This document shows, piece after piece, positions 1 through 14,189 of a stretch of DNA of 64,000 nucleotides (its first letter is position 1; each line of letters begins with the position of its first letter). A program made the position numbers and the translations under genes. The DNA is taken from positions 33,542,001 to 33,606,000 of the forward strand of contig OZ024759.1 in assembly GCA_964016885.1 (NCBI GenBank), in the 5' to 3' direction. The notes under the pieces were generated by a model. The model worked only from the letters and a program-made list of their open reading frames with translations, did no database searches and was not told the origin of the DNA. Source of the DNA: Eledone cirrhosa (Eukaryota).

Positions 1-44
1 GGTCTCTTCTCCCATGACCTTCTCAAAACTAAGTGGGCAAAGAA

Positions 45-495
45 GAAGTGTTCAAATCCCACCGAGGTCAACTTTGTATTTCGTCCTTTCACAGACGTTA
101 AAATAAGTATCAGGCCATTATATATATGACGATTTAATCAAATTTCCCATGAACATTGTGCCTAAAGTAGAAATAATTTTTATACGGAAAAAGGCGGTGG
201 TTTGACAATATCATTACAGGGCTGGACACAATATGTGGTGTGTAGCTGCGATTTTTACATTCTGACTTCAAATCCCATTAAGGTCAACTTTGCGTTTTAT
301 CCTTTCAGAGTCGATGAAATAACTACCAAGGCTGTACTGGGGGTTGATTTAACCGGATTTCTCCTTTCCCACAATTAGTTGTCTTGTGCCTAAAGTAGAA
401 ATCATTTTTATACAAAAAAAGGTGGGGCTAACACACGCGGTAGAGCGTCGGACAAAATGTTTAGCAGGATTTAGTTACGACTATTTTACCTTCTA
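45..495 (+). mobile_element. Cluster of 2-3 decayed tRNA-derived SINE copies (family A)
   Basis: B-box-like GTTCAAATCCC followed by gaggtcaactttg...cctttc...aaataagta and the tail tgtgcctaaagtagaaa, seen twice (~50-175, ~193-405), plus a head fragment at ~421-495. Matches the younger copies at 35.6 and 59.2 kb. Confidence 0.75.
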
Positions 496-1459
496 AGACG
501 TGTGTGTGTGTATGTGTGCGTGTCCACATATGTATATATATATTTATATATATGTGTGTGTGTCTGTGCGAGGGACCCACATCTAGTGGCACGTCAAAAC
601 CAGATCGATAAAATATATATATATACTAGTCATGAAAGAATAAAGGACTAAATCCCATCAAAATAATTATAGTAGAAGAAAAATAATATAAAATAAAATA
701 AAATAAAATAAAAACCACCTTAATAAAACCATCTTTCTTTTATATAAAAACGTCATGTTTGAAAAGTGTAAAACTTGATGACGTTTCTTCCAACATGTGT
801 TTAATCCTTATGGTATTACTTCGCTAATATTTAATACATTCTATGACAGCAGACAATATATCTGATAGATACAAGCGAGAGAAAATACTTAAGAAAAACT
901 TGTAAATAGCGTTAGAACAACTGTAATTGTCATCAGAATTTGTTGCGGTCAGAATTCATTGTGGTAATAATTTATTGTGGTCATTATTTATGGCGGTCAA
1001 TATTTATTACGATCATAAATTATTGTAGTCGAAGGTCATGTGATAAATGGAAATAAATCGGCCTGATATTTTCTTGTTCGTAGATGTTAACAGATAATTC
1101 GTTCCCTATTAATTACTAAAGTGGCTGGTGAGTATACATACACCACCAACTACATATATACATACACCCCCATATGCATATACACCACACACACACATAT
1201 ATATACACTCCCACATGCATATACACAAGACACACATTATATATATATATATATACACACATACACACATATATATATATATATATATATGGCAACGGTG
1301 TGTAACGCTGGTTTACTGCAGTTATCCTCAAGAAGCAGGATGTTAATAATATTAAAAGGATCAGACACAAAGAATATCTCTCTGTCTATATATATATATA
1401 TATATTTGAAATACGTATAACAAAATAAATAGGAATGTACAAATGAAACCGTCTTTCTT

Positions 1460-1539
<80 letters not shown>

Positions 1540-2812
1540 CATGTGTAAAAATGAATAAAATATATAGTGCGAATTCAAATTACGTCAACAAGTTTCAAAT
1601 TTCTTCTTGTCTCAACAATCATAGTGAGAAATCAATTCATCCCAGTGATGACTTAACTGGAATTGATCCAATCTAGGGCCTTCCCACACCATTGGAGTAA
1701 CATCTCCCTGGTTGTCTTCCACCGCTTTCTGTTTAATTTTGGCGAGTTGTATGTGGTTGAGGCTATATAACCCACAGTTGGAGTTGGATGATCGTTGACT
1801 CTCAGGAGTTCATCTGATATATTAACAGCTTTTGATTTTGTTCTGCTGGGGTCCCACTTATCCTTGTTACTAGACTAGGGTTTCGTAGGGAGAGGGTTTA
1901 GTTTCCCACCTCTCGACCCTGTAGCAGGTCGTATTGGGTTACATGGCACCAGAAACCATGAATTAAAATTTTAGCTTTAAAAAAAACTAGTTTGTCGTAA
2001 AATGAGTTAAATTGACCTTACAGTTATCGAACCCCAGAGAGAGAGAGGGAAAGAAAGAAAGACAGCGTGTGTGAGTCACTGGTAATGTGTGTGTGTGTGT
2101 GAGAATGTGTGATTGTGAATGTGTGAACATATTTGTATGTGTGCTTATATGTATGTATATTTGTGTGAGTGAGTGTGTTGTATTTCTGTTTAAGATGAGC
2201 TGTTTTCTGAAAAATATATTCATATATGTACGCCGGCCATGAATTTCCATGTGTGTGTATGCGAATTTGCGAGTGTGTGTGTGTGTGTGCGCGTGTGCGT
2301 GTGTTTGAAAGAGGGTGTGAATGTTTTTGTTGTATATCTGTTTAAGATGAGCTGATTTCAGAAAAATACATTCATATGGATACGCGAATGTGTTTGCATG
2401 TGAAAGAGAGTGTGTTTATGATTACGTGTGCATGTGTGTGTCTGTAGGTGTATGAATTTAAAGGTGTATGAATGTGCATCTGTCGTATATTTGTTTAAGA
2501 CGTGCTGTTTTCTCAAAATTACCTTGATATATATCGCTACGTCACGTAAGAAATTTTTCTGTAGGAAAATTCTAGAAAACCGTAAATGTCAAAACATGAA
2601 AAAAAAAGAAAACACATAAAGAATAAAAAGCGAAAAAATAAACAAATCAATAACTAAATAAATAAAATAAAGATAAAAATAATTAAAACTACAAAAACTT
2701 ACGAAAATGTATAAATAAAGCGAGAATCAGTACAACAACGTTTAAGAATAAATATATTTCATTTTTGAAATCTTTCTCTATCTTCCACACCACTTTCTCT
2801 CTGTCATTGAAT

Positions 2813-2844
<32 letters not shown>

Positions 2845-3079
2845 CATATACATATATATATACATACATATATATATATACATATATATACATACATATA
2901 TATATATATACATATATACATATATATACATATATATATATATACATACATATATATATACATACATATATATATACATACATACATATATATATATATA
3001 TACATACACATATATATATACATACATATATATATACATACATATATATATACATACATATATATATATATACATACAC

Positions 3080-3132
<53 letters not shown>

Positions 3133-3139
3133 CATACAC

Positions 3140-3208
<69 letters not shown>

Positions 3209-3686
3209 CATATATATGTGTGTGTGTGTGTCGTTGTGTATTTGTGTAAAATTATATATATATATATATACATACACCGATACACATACATTCACACACA
3301 CACACACACAGAGAGACACACACACATAGACACACACACACACATATCTATCTATCTATCTATCTATATATATATATATATATATATTCTTATTGGGAGA
3401 TATATCATGAATTTTATTTGAGCTTTGCATTGGAGGAATCATTACTGTTGACAGGCTTTGTAACAAAATAACTTTTAAACATTGTTGTAATGGAGCGAGA
3501 GGTTTATCTGATATGTATCAACATCCCCCCTCCGTGCATTGTAGGATTATACTGTTTAGTGGGTTTTTTTCTTCTACAGAAATGATGAATGAATGTTGAA
3601 CCTTTAGCCAAGCTGTGATAGGTATACACACATTACACTTACTATATATATATATATTTATATATATTATATATATATATATGCCT

Positions 3687-3753
<67 letters not shown>

Positions 3754-3819
3754 CATATGCCTACATATATAATTGTAACTATATATATATATATATATAT
3801 ATACCTACATATATATTTA

Positions 3820-3864
<45 letters not shown>

Positions 3865-4356
3865 ACATATACATTTATAACTAAATATATATATATATAT
3901 ATATACGTATATATATATATATGCCTATATATATATATATATGCATACATTCATATATATATATATATATATATATATGCATACAGTCATATATAAATAT
4001 ATATATATATATATACATATGTAAAGATACACACACATATGTGTGTATATGTATGTGTGTGGCTGTGTGTGGCTGTGCACGTTATGATTTTTCCCCTTCT
4101 CTTGAAAGCAGCAAACCCTTCAAAATCCTGAAACCAGAAAATCACACACACTCTCATGTGCACATGCATACACAGGCGCATACACACACACAAGTGCACA
4201 TACATACTCACATATCGTACACATATGACATGCACGTACTCACATGCATATATAGGCCCGGATACTCACACGAATACACATATACATATGTATATATATG
4301 TACAGACATACACACACACACATTTGATATTCTGTTTGCTACATGTTTTTATATTA

Positions 4357-5010
4357 CTTTCTATATCGTTCAATATGGAAGCAATACTGTTTCTATATCG
4401 TTCAATAGTAATGTGAAGCTGTTTCTATATCGTTCAATATGAATGTGATACTGTTTCTATATCGTTCAATAGTAATGTGAAGCTGTTTCTATATCGTTCA
4501 ATATGAATGTGAAGCTGTTTCTATATCGTTCAATAGTAATGTGAAGCTGTTTCTATATCGTTCAATATGAATGTGAAGCTGTTTCTATATCGTTCAATAT
4601 GGAAGCAATACTGTTTCTATATCGTTCAATATGAATGTGAAGCTGTTTCTATATCGTTCAATATGAATGCAATACGGTTTCTATATTGTTCAATATGAAA
4701 GCAATACTGTTTCTATATAGTTCGATATGAATGTGATACTGTTTCTATATAGTTCGATATGAATGTGATACTGTTTCTATATCGTTCAATATGAATGTGA
4801 AGCTGTTTCTATATCGTTCAATATGAATGCGATACTGTTTCTATATCGTTCAATATGAATGTGAAGCTGTTTCTATATCGTTCAATATGAATGTGAAGCT
4901 GTTTCTATATCGTTCAATATGAATGTGAAGCTGTTTCTATATCGTTCAATATGAATGCGATACTGTTTCTATATCGTTCAATATGAATGTGAAGCTGTTT
5001 CTATATCGTT
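4357..5010. repeat. 32-bp minisatellite, about 20 copies
   Basis: Unit ctgtttctatatcgttcaatatgaatgtgaag; period 32 (e.g. 4803 to 4835); variants gcaata/gtgata/gtgaag. Confidence 0.95.
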
Positions 5011-5255
5011 ACTTTAGTTGTGGATCCTTATTCTTTTTTTTATTTCTATAGTCACAGTTGACCTTTTGTGTATTTGTGGCTCTTGTTGCTGTTGATGTTG
5101 CCGTCATTCTATTTGTTCATATTGCTGTTGTTGTTGTTGTATTTATCTTTTGCTGGATTCCATGTTTTCGTTATCGTTTCTGAAGTTGTTATTGTAATTG
5201 TTTTTGTCATCATTTTTGTCCCTCTTGACGAAGTTACTTTGTTTTTAATTTTTTT

Positions 5256-5300
<45 letters not shown>

Positions 5301-5613
5301 AGGGAGAGAGAGAAAGATAGACACATGCCCCCACCCCCTCTCTCTGAGTGTGTATGTGTGCCTGTGTGTGTGTGTTTACGTGTGCGTGTTATGCTACTGT
5401 TATTGTTGCTATTTTTTCTTGTTGTTGTTTTCTTCCGTTTCTTTATATCACAGTTCATAAATTTTACTCCACTGCTCTTTGATAAATTTATCCTTAAATT
5501 GCATTTAGATAAAACTAAGATAACATAAAATAAAACAAAATAAAAGACAAGAAAAATAAAAACAAAATAAAACATAGATTAAACAAATAACATAATAAAA
5601 AATAAAAATAGAA

Positions 5614-5648
<35 letters not shown>

Positions 5649-6029
5649 ATACAATAAAAATATGAATATAAAAACAAAAATATTGAATATCATTAAAAAT
5701 GAAACAAATTTATATGGAAAAAAAAGTATGTGAAGTTATTTTTCTTCTCGTTTCTTTACGCACTTTTGAATAGGAGTTATTGAGTATTTTAATGGGTGGA
5801 TGGGAAGTGGAATAGCAGAATTAATTATGGATTGAATGTAATAAATCAAGCAAACCTATAAATGATGATGAAACGATTGCTAATTCCCCACCACCCACTT
5901 CGTCTTCCTCTTCGCCATTTTGTTATCAATCGCGCCATTTACAAGGTTTCCCCATTTCTATTTAAAGTTCATTTCTTTCATATTAACTACGAAACATACA
6001 CACGATACTGAATGATATATATCACGTTA

Positions 6030-6355
6030 TGATGGCGGCGAATTGACAGGATCGTTAGAACGTCGGATCGAATGTTGTGTGCTATTCGTTTCAGTTCTCT
6101 GCACTCTGAGTTCAAATCCCAGCCGAGGTCAACTTTACGTTTCATCTGTTCGAGGTCGATAAAAAAATGTATCAGCCTAATACTGGAGTCGATTTTTCTT
6201 CTGTATCCATGTTTCTCTCTGTATCCTTCTCTTGGATAGAATGATTTGTGGTATATGTCCGGCCTTCTGCTTTCTGAGTTCAAATCCCAGCCGAGGTCAA
6301 CTTTCATACATTCGAGGTCGATAAAAAAAAGTCTCAGTCTAGTTCTGGGGTCAAT
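6030..6355 (+). mobile_element. Two decayed SINE family A fragments
   Basis: ctgagttcaaatcccagccgaggtcaacttt...ttcgaggtcgataaaaaaa occurs at ~6105 and ~6274. Confidence 0.75.
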
Positions 6356-6614
6356 TCCCTCTCTATATCTCTTTTTCACTTTGATTCTCTCATTTTCTCT
6401 CTATCCTTATTTAGAAGAAGTCATCTGTATTCAGGCCTGGAGAAGAGATGAGTGGTCACCTTTTGGTTTAAAAATGCCCTTGAAACGCCGTGGGTCCCAA
6501 CGAATCCTCTACGATTCGGCCAGGAGTTACGAGTACCTGCAAGCATATCGGGTATAGAGGAGTATGGATTACTGGTTAATATATTCTATTTGCTACTTTA
6601 AGATTGTCACGTAG

Positions 6615-6790
6615 GGCATGTGAAGGCCATTAACATTATCATGTATGGCATGTGAAGGCAGTTAACATTACCATGCATGGCATGTGAAGAAAGTTAAGAT
6701 TATCATGTACGGCATGTGAAGGATACTCAAATTATCATGTATGGCATGTGAAGGAAGCTCAAATGATCATGTATGGTATGGGAAGTAAGT
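6615..6790. repeat. Degenerate ~32-bp tandem repeat, 5-6 copies
   Basis: Recurrent ggcatgtgaagg...attatcatgtat. Confidence 0.8.
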
Positions 6791-7039
6791 TAAGCGTTCT
6801 TCATTGTCGTAGTACTCAATACACACCCACTGGCCGGTCAACGTGACTTCACACCTCCTAGATGTTAACTCTGTTGGATGTGGGAGATATCAGCTCTCCT
6901 CTCTGTATTATATTACTATCAAGGTTTCTACAACCTTCTTATCTCAGCAACTCTATTAACTCCGAACGTGACCTTACGTTTCATCAATGGAAAATGTATT
7001 TTTAATGTGATCTGTGGTGTACATTAACGATGTTATTAT

Positions 7040-7140
7040 TAGTGGTGGTTATGGTGGCGATGATGATGATGGTAGTGATGGTGGTGGTGTCGGCGGCGGT
7101 GAGGGTGGTATGGTGGTTGTGATACTAATGGTGGTGGTTG

Positions 7141-7172
<32 letters not shown>

Positions 7173-8230
7173 AAGGTGGTATGGTGGTTGTGATGGTGAT
7201 GGTAGTTGTGGTGGTGGTGGTGAAGGTGGTATGGTGGGTGTGATGGTGATGGTGGTTGTGGTGGTGAAGGTGGTATGGTGGGTGTGATGGTGATGGTAGT
7301 TGTGGTGGTGGTGGTGTCGGCGGTGGTGAGGGTGGCATGGTGATTGTGATGGTGATGGTAGTTATGGTGGTGGTGGTGAAGGTGGTATGGTGGTTGTGAT
7401 GGTGATGGTGGTTGTGGTGGTGAAGGTGGTATGGTGGTTGTGATGGTGATGGTGGTTGTGGTGGTGAAGGTGGTATGGTGGTTGTGATGGTGATGGTGGT
7501 TGTGGTGGTGAAGGTGGTATGGTGGTTGTGATGGTGATGGTGGTTGTGGTGGTGAAGGTGGTATGGTGGTTGTGATGGCTATGGTAGTTGTGATGGTTAT
7601 GGTAGTTGTGGTGGTGTCGGCGGTGGTGAGGGTGGTATGGTGATTGTGATACTAATGATGGTGGTTGTGATGATGATTAAGATGGTGCTGGTGATGGTGG
7701 TGGTGGTGAAGGTGGTATGGTGGTTGTGATGGTGATTGTAGTTGTGGTGGTGGTGGTGGTGGTGAAAGTGGTATGGTAGTTGTGATGGTGATGCTGATGG
7801 TGAAGGTGGTATGGTGGTTGTGATGCTGATGATGGTGATGGTGGTGGGTAGGGCTGGTATGGTTATTATAGCGATGTTGTTGTTGGTGGTACTGCTGCTT
7901 GTGATGATTATTGAATTAGTCTTGATGGCCGTAATGATGGCCGTGGAGGTGGTGGTGGTGGTATGATGGGTGTCATGCTGATTGATGGTGGTAAGGTGGG
8001 TACGGCTGGTATGGTTATTAAAGCGATGTTGTTGTTGGTGTTGATGTTGGTGCTGGTAGTGGTGGTGATGAGGTCGATGATGATGATGATGTTTGAATTA
8101 GTCTTGATGGATGTGATGATGGTGGCGATAGTAATGGTGAAGGTGATACGAATGTTATAGTGATTTTGTTGTTACTGAGGTGGTTGTAATAGTGATGATG
8201 TCGATGATTGTGATGGAGTTAGTCAAAATG
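7040..8230. repeat. (GGT/GAT)n-derived low-complexity tract with a 44-bp higher-order unit
   Basis: Unit ggtgaaggtggtatggtggttgtgatggtgatggtggttgtggt repeated at 7375, 7419 and onward. Confidence 0.85.
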
Positions 8231-8816
8231 GCGGTGTGGTCCACATTGAAAAGATTTATTGAAATAGTAAACAGAAGTTCGATAGAATATTTCTGAAACG
8301 ATTGTTCGGTTTCTGGAATATTTTATTATTTAAAATCGAACACCAGTGAATAAAGAATCCTGTTTGACCTGCTGCAAAGAACAGATCAAACTTTCTCTAT
8401 TTTAAACCATTATCTCTTAAACACGGGAGGAGATAATGAATAATGTATTCAGAAGTCTTCATAAAAAGAGAAATTTGTCAGAGATGAAATATATTTGATA
8501 TTATGCTTAATAAAGTTTGAACTAAGATTACGTATATACAGTAATATCAGTTCAACTAAGTTCATATTTAAATCTTGTGAAAAGAATATTGTTTGAGATA
8601 AACACAATAGAGATAAACATCTGACTATAAATTGTAAATTCCTGTTGTGTAATCTCAACGATCCAAAAATCCAGTCATTAACCCCTCCCCTAAAACAGCG
8701 GATTTTGAAAGAGTTTCGCGAGATATTTAGTTTACATTCAACTAAACAAACTCCTGTTACAAGGATCCCGGGAAGCTATAAGTATCCACCATATTGTTTG
8801 CCAGTTGAGATGTAAA

Positions 8817-9227
8817 ATAATTGTTTCTACTTTTGGCACAAGGCCAGAAATTACCTAGTGCATTACTGTTACTTTATTTTATCGACCCCGTAAGGATGAA
8901 AGGCTAGGTTAACCGAAAAGAGAACAAAGATAGATAGATAGATAGATAGACAGGCAGATTTGAAAACATGAGTGTACTGGCCAATGTCTTCTGTTTTTAC
9001 TTTATTTCAAGTCAGTCAATCATATTAATAATAATTAATAAATAATAATTGTTTCTACTTTTGGCACAGGGCCAGCAATTACCCAGTCCATTACTGGTAC
9101 TTTATTTTATCAGACCCCGTATAGATGAGAGGCAAAGTTAACCTCAGCGGGATTTGAACAGAGAATAGCAAGGATCGTAACTCTATGCTTAAACGCATGG
9201 CGTCCGACCCTCTAACGATACTGCCAA
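8817..9227 (-). mobile_element. Two SINE family A copies (3' fragment 8817-8912; near full-length 9047-9227)
   Basis: Reverse complement of the SINE consensus: aattgtttctacttttggcacaaggccag...cgggatttgaac...atactgccaat. Confidence 0.85.
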
Positions 9228-9837
9228 TATTTATCAGCTTGTCACGTTAACATTACGATCAGTTTTGGAGGCGTTTGAACGTAATTTTTGAAAATTACTA
9301 AGCCTGCATTTTCTGCTACAGGGTCCACACTTCCCCATGTCGAATCCTGTGACAAATGTTAACACCACATGACGCTCCCCACTATGTATATTTCCACAAT
9401 ATTACTACTTGCCAAAGGGTATTTAACTCTGAAGTCGAGAATCATTCGGTTTCCTAAATAGAATTTTAGTCTACGACTTCAATTATGCCGTAAGCGTGGT
9501 TTTGTCTTTGCGTGTAATTGTTTTCAACGGTCCAAAAAATCACATATTATCTTCGTTCTTTTCCGTTCTTTGCCAGGAAAAGTTTCCATGAACCAAAGTA
9601 TCATCTCCTTCTCTATCTTCGGTTGCAACGTTTTTTGAAATATTTACTTCTGCGTTCACAGATTGACTTTTTTAGTTTCAGAAGATCCAGTTAAGGGTGA
9701 AAGCAGCGATTGTTTGCTGTTTAATCAGTTATTTTAATAAATATGTGCTCTACACATACATATATATGAATATATACATATATATACACATACATATATA
9801 TTAATATATACATATATATACACATACATATATATTA

Positions 9838-9869
<32 letters not shown>

Positions 9870-9944
9870 GATAACATACATACATACACATATATATACA
9901 CATACATATATACATACACATATATATATATATATACATACATG

Positions 9945-9976
<32 letters not shown>

Positions 9977-9996
9977 CATATATATATACATACATG

Positions 9997-10028
<32 letters not shown>

Positions 10029-10061
10029 CATATATATATACATACATATATATATACATAC

Positions 10062-10096
<35 letters not shown>

Positions 10097-10147
10097 CATA
10101 TATATATACATACATATATATATATATATACATATATATATACATAC

Positions 10148-10180
<33 letters not shown>

Positions 10181-10245
10181 CATATATATATACATACATA
10201 TATATATACATACATATATATATACATACATACATATATAAATGT

Positions 10246-10291
<46 letters not shown>

Positions 10292-10365
10292 ACATATATA
10301 TATACATATATATATATATGTATATATATATATACATATATATATATATGTATATATATATATAC

Positions 10366-10415
<50 letters not shown>

Positions 10416-10696
10416 ATATATTTATAGGAAGAATTCTAGTTCACGTAACAGCATTAAATATTTCTCTGATCAATATATAGATTTTAAAATTGGCTTTGAA
10501 GCATAATTAATGATTTCTGTCGGATATATAATTGAAGACATTTAGCTGTAATCTATTTTACTATTCCATCGCTACGTATACCGTACAGACCACTTAGGAA
10601 ACAGTTCTATGTATATGGATATAGAGCCATACGTATACATATGTGATGTGTGTATATATATATACATTTGTATATATATATATGCACATATACATT

Positions 10697-10740
<44 letters not shown>

Positions 10741-10986
10741 TATACATTTGTATATATATATATATATATATATGCACATATACATTTGTATATATATATA
10801 TATATATATATGCACATATACATTTGTATATATATATATATATGCACATATACATGTGTATATATATATATATATGCACATATACATGTGTATATATATA
10901 TATATATGCACATATACATTTGTATATATATATATATATATGCACATATACATTTGTATATATATATATATGCACATATACACATT

Positions 10987-11026
<40 letters not shown>

Positions 11027-11152
11027 CAAATATACATTTCTATATATATACACATATATATGCATATACATATATGCATTTATATATCTATATATACATT
11101 TGTATATATATATATATATATGCACATATCTATGCATATACTTTTGTATATT

Positions 11153-11258
<106 letters not shown>

Positions 11259-11443
11259 TACACGTATATATACAGATGCATATATGTATATACATATTCA
11301 TGAATGAGAACATGCGTATACATATTTATGTATACACAAACACACCAACATACACTTATAGATACATACATAGGTACATGCATACACGCGTATGTATACT
11401 CGTCAGCGCGCACACACGCAGACACACATACATATATACATGT

Positions 11444-11479
<36 letters not shown>

Positions 11480-11482
<3 letters not shown>

Positions 11483-11789
11483 AATTAATAAAAATAATGA
11501 ATAAAAACAAAGAAACAGTTCCTTATATTAAACAATCCATCATGTTACGATCGTTTCTAGGATATATATGTGTGTGTTGGTATGTATATCATATAGATCC
11601 ATGTAAATTTTTTACAAACTATCAGAAGGAATATACATACCTACACATATATATACTGTCTTCAGAAATAATCTATACGATATACATACCAACACAAACA
11701 TATATATCGTAGAAACGATCGGAAAATGATGAATTTTTTAATATAAGGAACTGTTTCTTTGTTTTTATTCATTATTTTTATTAATTTAT
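11480..11789. mobile_element. Foldback element (arms ~11480-11598 and ~11671-11789) with a minus-strand HHR-like core; Penelope-pLTR-like
   Basis: ataaattaataaaaataatgaataaaaacaaagaaacagttccttatattaaa is the reverse complement of the right arm end. Left end abuts (TA)n. Confidence 0.7.
11542..11669 (-). ncRNA. Putative, probably decayed, type I hammerhead ribozyme with a long stem II
   Basis: Minus strand reads attt-CTGAAGA-c...(~100 nt, largely self-complementary)...a-GAAAC-GATC-GTA-acat. Stem III is the palindrome ACGATCGT. The other arm reads GAAACGATCGGAAAAT, suggesting an ancestral stem I attt/aaat. Confidence 0.45.
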
Positions 11790-12080
11790 CTTGACTCTGG
11801 TTTCCAGTGTTTTTCATCGAAAACATTTTGAATACATCTTCTCTTTTTATGATATTTGGATTACATTGAGTTCTTCATACGGATTGGACACTACCGTACA
11901 TTTTGCTAGATTTATCTACATATATATATATGTATATATATGTGTATGTATTTTCATTCTAAGTCAATTCCTAAAGCTATTTGCACTTGAGTCACCATCC
12001 TTCTGCTGCTGAGGCATAAATGTATCGTGTAGTACATCGTCCTAGTTGCGTAATCTGGTTTATATATATATATATGTGTG

Positions 12081-12122
<42 letters not shown>

Positions 12123-12199
12123 AGCTCAAATCTATGCAGGTTTAGCTGGCCTCCTACAAGGTATATCTCGTTGGAGGTGTCTTGGGTAATGTAATGATA

Positions 12200-12362
12200 G
12201 GAATCCCAGTCCTATCATATCATTTCTACAGCTGAGTAAACTGGAGCAATGTAGAATAAAGTGTCTCGCTCAAGGAAACAACACATCACCCGGTTCGAGA
12301 ATTGAACTCACAGCCTTTCGATGGCCAGTCCAGTGCTCTAACCAGTAAGCCATGCGCCTCCA
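12200..12362 (-). mobile_element. tRNA-derived SINE (family B)
   Basis: Minus strand: ggaggcgcaTGGCTTACTGGttagagc (A box)...GAGTTCAATTC (B box)...ccttgagcgagacactttattc...ccagtttactcagctg, resembling a conserved SINE central domain. Confidence 0.8.
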
Positions 12363-12932
12363 CTAATCTGGTAATCTGGTATTTTGAGCCTTACCTCAGT
12401 CCCTGGGCAAGCATGATCTCTACGTGTTGCAGTCTCCCACATATATAAGTTGATTTTCTCTCTGCCTCACCAGCCTTAACCCTCTTTCTGCCTGCACATA
12501 TAACATGTTCCGTTACTACGACAGGCTTGCTGTGATATTTACTCTGTTATCAGGGCATGCATATCAGAACAAAGCTCACCCCACCATATATCAGTAATGA
12601 ACAACTAATCGCACATTAGCTGCATCCACTGAGAAAACGTGACACAGCGGAAACGATTCATATACACAAGAACATCCATTATTTTAGATTTGGGGTTACA
12701 GTGCCCATAATAATAGGGAAATAGTTTATGATTTAGAGTATGGTGACAGCAGTCCCGTCAGCTTTATTTAATTGGCCGCGGTATTGAAGTTAAGTACTAC
12801 TTCCAACTGTTCCTTCCAGGAAGTCCGAAAACATGGAGAGAGAAAAGAAACAGAGTGGGGGATACACTGATAAAAATATACTAGATTAGTTATAATATCG
12901 ACTCACTAGTAAATAAAATAATAGTTATAATA

Positions 12933-13363
12933 TCAATTTCTACTATAGATACAAGGCCAGCAATTTTGAGGGAGGGGATAGGCGATAAAATCGACCCCAG
13001 GGCATTACTGGAGCTTTATGTTATCGACCCCGTAGGATAATAGGCAAAGGATAAGAAGTAAAGGAAAAGTAAAGGATAAGAGACAAAATTAACCTCGGAC
13101 TGGGACCTTAAAAGTCCATAATTATGCCGCTAAGCATGGTGATCGATGCTCCACCGCCCTACTGACAACAATAATTCTTTCTACTATTGGCACAAGGTCA
13201 ACAATTAACCAGCACATTACTGGTACTTTAGTTTATGGACCCCCGTAAGGATGAAAGGCAACGTTAACCTCGGCGGGATTTGAACTTAGTATGGCAAGGG
13301 CCGTAACTCTATGCGTCAAAGCATGGCACCCGACCCTCTACCGATACTGCCAATCTACCGCCC
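12933..13363 (-). mobile_element. Two tandem SINE family A copies (decayed 12933-13160; full-length ~13170-13363)
   Basis: Reverse complement of the consensus, ending ...gatactgccaatctaccgccc. Confidence 0.85.
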
Positions 13364-14189
13364 TACTATAGATAACAATAATAACAATAATAATAACAAT
13401 AACAAATGGCGTCCGAAGCAGTTACATGATCGGTGACATGGAACGTAGAAATATTGATTACATGTTTCACAGAATGTGGTCAAATTTGCAGTTAACGACT
13501 GAGTTTGCACATCGGAAATCTTTTGAAAGGTATGCCCATCATTGTTCAGGTGAAATTGTCTCCTCCCAAGATAAATATAACTGTCAGCTATTACTTGACG
13601 GTTCGATAAGCCTGTTGACACCTCATCATCTAAATATTATACACCATCATTAACGGAAGATGAATAAATATTTCCTTTCCCTCTTAGCACAGCTCTAATC
13701 TAACATCTAAACTGCTTGTCAAATGAGTGAAGAATTCTCGAGAAACGTTTGAATAATGTTTGTTCAATATACAAACACTTAAGTTATACTATATATACAC
13801 CACACCCTTCTACAGTGTATATATATATATACACACATACACATTTATATATAAATATACATGGATATTCACACGGACATCTATCTATCTATCTCTCTCT
13901 CTCTCTATATATATATATATAGTATATATATAGATGTCCGTGTGAATATCCATATATATATATGGATATATGGATGTGTGAACATTTATATATACATAAA
14001 TATATATATAAATATGTATATATCTATATATATATATATACATTCACAAACATATATGTATTTATACTTGTATACGCATACACATCATACACGCATGTAT
14101 ATATATATATATATATATATATATGCTTGTGTGTGAGAGTATGTGTGTATGACAATCCCTAAATCTTGTCATTAATACCCACTAAACTT

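Noticed and set aside
1680-1960. Possible RTE-like LINE 5' fragment on the minus strand
   Set aside because: Only a vague resemblance; no ORF motif or boundaries could be shown.
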